NCBI RefSeq assembly: GCF_036365525.1
Contig: NC_090399.1
Location: 31,342,430 to 31,406,429, forward strand
Reading direction: 5' to 3'
Source of the DNA: Heterodontus francisci
Taxonomy: Eukaryota
Length of the DNA stretch: 64,000 nucleotides
The notes beneath the pieces were generated by a model, which was not told the origin of the DNA, searched no databases, and saw only the letters and a list, made by a program, of their open reading frames with translations. Position 1 is the stretch's first letter. Every line of letters starts with the position of its first letter. Position numbers and translations under genes: made by a program. Below, piece by piece: positions 61,060 through 64,000 of this stretch.

Positions 61060-64000
61060 CTGAGTGTCACTGGTGCAATAACGTAACCCCAGAGTCCCCT
61101 CACACCCTGTCTCCCCTTTGACCTGCTTCTAAAGTGACTTAGGGTCTCCTGCACTTCCCGGTGAAGACATTTATTGAACGAGATAAGCATAACCTCATTT
61201 TGTCCCCTGCTCCATTTTAAACATATAGAAGGATGACAAGTCCTCTCTCTTCAGATGTTGTCCTTGTCTTCTGTAAATCTGTAGTCATCACCCCTCTCAA
61301 AAAACACCTTTGATTCCACCGACATTTCAAATTACCGTTCCATCTCCAACCTCCCTTTCCCCTCCAAAGCTCTTGAACATGTTGTTGCCTCCAAAATCCG
61401 TGTCCATCATACGTGTAATTTTATGTTGAATTCCTCCAAATTTCCACCTCTACCACAAAGTCACAAATGACATATTATATGACTGTGACAAAGGTAAACT
61501 TTCCCTCCTCGTCCTTCTCGACCTGTCTGCAGCCTTTGACACGGTTGACCACACCATCCTCCTCCAACGCCTCTGCACTGTCGTCCAGCTGGCTGGGACT
61601 GCTCTCACCTGGTTTCATGCTTATCTATCTAAGCGTAGTCAGAGAATCACTTGCAATGGCTTCTCTTCCTGCTCTCACAACGTTACCTCTGGTGTCCCCC
61701 AATGATCTATCCTTACCCCCTTCTTATCTACAGGCTGCCTCTCAGCCACATCATCTGAAAACAGCCTGTTAATTTTCACATGTACACTGACAACATCCAG
61801 CTCTACCTCACCACCACCTATCTCGACTCCTCCACTGTTGATAAGTTATTAAACTGCTTATCTGACATCCAGCACTGGGAGGGCACAAATTTCCTCCATT
61901 TAAATATTGGGAACACTGAAGCCATTGTTTTCGGTCCCTGCTCCAAACTCCATCTTTCTCCCTGTAAAGTGTCTGAAACGCAACCTTGGTGTCACATTTG
62001 TTGCTGAGATGAGCTTCCGACCATATATTTGTGCCATCAATTACATCAAGGATTTCCCCACATCCACAACATCACCCAGACAACAGAAAAGGGAGCCATG
62101 GGAATGGAGAAAGAGGTAGAGAGCTAGTCTTACAGAAATTTCTCTTGATTTCTGTCTCCCCCCTCTCATTTCCACATTTCTCTCTTTATCACCATTTTTC
62201 CCCAGGGTGGAGTGGATTTTGGGATTGAGACTGGGATCTACGTCGCCAGATACATCCTGAGTGCGCTGATTGCAAACTCCATCACGTAACCAAAGTCCTA
62301 TACATATGCAGCAAGACTTCCTTACGCATGTTCCAATCCCCTTGCTATATAAGCCAACATACCATTTGCCTTCCTAATTGCTGGCTGCCCCTACATGTTA
62401 AGTTTTGGTGATTTGTGTACAAGGACACCCAAATCCCTTTGAACACCAACATTTAATATAAAAGAAAAATACTGCTGATGCTGGAAATCTGAAATAAAAA
62501 CAGAAAATAGTGGAGAGACTCAACAGATAAGGCAGCATCTGTCGACAGTTAACGTTTTAAGTCTGTTACCTTTCATCAGAACCAAGTTTCCGTTTCTCTC
62601 TCCACAGATGTGCCTGACCTATGAAGTATCAACATTTAATAGTTTCACACTACTTAAAAATATTCTTTTTTTTCATTCTTCCTGTCAAAGTGAGTAACCT
62701 CTCATTTATACACGCTAAGTTCCCAGCTATCACTTTCTTTCCCATTCACTTAAACCGTCCATATCCCTTTCCAGCCTTTCTGTGTCCTCCTCACTTTTCC
62801 CACCTAACTTTGTATCATCCCCAAACTTGGATACATGACACTCAATCCTTCATCTGAGTCATTGATATAGATTGTAAATAGTTGCAGCTTTAATACTGAT
62901 CCATGTAGCAGCAACTAGGACCAGCCTGCCAACTTGAAAATGATTCATGTATTCATACTCTCTATTTTCTATCCTTTCGCCAATGTTCCATTCAAGCTAA
63001 TATATTAGCTCTGAGCCCAGGAGCCATTATCTTCTTCCATAATGTTTCAAGAGGCACCTTATTGAATCCCATTCAAAAATCCAAATATCCTTCTGTAACT
63101 CGCTGGCCCTCGGTCACCTTCTGGATTATGATCAGATGCTGCAAATATTGTTACAGTCAGTACACGTGGTAGCTTAATGTTACAATAAGATATTATAATC
63201 TCTATTCAGATAACTGTCATCCCACAGGGGCAAAATTTCACTCTGTTAACATTCTCACCAAACACTAAAGCATTCCGCAATGCAAGGTTCACAAATGCAA
63301 CACAAGTTTCCTTTTAACGGTCTCCGTGGTCTGTTTTGATTCTTTGATAGATTATTGGTTCTTATCCTCCACCTGAGCAGTCGTCCTAATCTCGTGTGCC
63401 TGTCTGGTCCCATACACGGCATCAGGTTACAATAAGACAAGTAACACAGGAGCGTCTCAGTGACTGAGGCAGGTGAGTCTTGAGCTTGACGTCTGAGTGA
63501 ACCGAGTTAATCCAACACGCCCAAGTGCCGTTTCTAGCCCGAGGTTTCCTTGTCCTACCCAGTGAATTTCCAATGCTCCCAAACCAATAGTGAGAAATGT
63601 GAGGGTGAATCCATTTTGCCTGGGAAATGGGGTAGTTCTGTAAGTTTTTTTTCCAAAAATATACTTTATTCATAAAAATGTATTCATGAAAATACACTAC
63701 ATAACAGTTCAAATTTGACTTTACAGAAAGCACAATACAGATCAGTTTCTTTCAATGCAGTACATGAGGTGGCTTATTGCACTTTGCCATTACAAGTTAT
63801 ATTTACAATGTGCATTTACTTGATATGTCATACATTCTTTGGTGCATACAGCCGTGGGGTTTTGCACAAGTTCCAACCCCTCAGTTCACTATGGCGGGAG
63901 GACCTTACAAAGTGGCCTTTCCCCATTGAGCCTTTGTGGCGGCTACCCCAAGCTTTAGTGTGTCCCTCAGCACGTAGTCCTGGACCTTGCAATGTCCCGG

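Larger units (their letters stand above)
39677..64000 (+). repeat. Tandem segmental duplication, copy 2 (partial; matches 1..24834)
   Basis: Same orientation and colinear with 1..24834. The offset varies from 39.2 to 41.8 kb because of copy-specific indels. Confidence 0.98.

Overview
Repeat-rich vertebrate genomic DNA, most likely shark or ray: it carries an HE1-type tRNA SINE sharing its 3' tail with HER1/CR1 LINEs. The window covers about 1.6 periods of a ~39-42 kb head-to-tail tandem duplication (1..24834 is repeated at 39677..64000). Each period carries a minus-strand NCR3/NKp30-family immune receptor gene. It has an intact germline-joined VJ-type Ig exon (V1), a second VJ exon broken by a stop (V2), and an uncharged transmembrane exon. 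A possible second, Lys-containing TM exon lies further downstream. Leader and cytoplasmic exons are not resolved. The unit also contains an old LTR provirus (4-bp TSD) with no recognisable gag/pol but a decayed envelope-like glycoprotein gene. Other content: a decayed Gmr1-like Gypsy element with an array of tRNA-Pro primer-binding-site copies, two minisatellites, and many CR1/L2/RTE/Tx1/SINE fragments. The two periods differ by copy-specific events, including a young 2.57-kb CR1 insertion with an uninterrupted ORF2. Their divergence is uneven: about 2-5% on the TM/provirus side and 1% or less from V1 upstream (estimated by eye). Most short ORFs in the track are noise from repeats.
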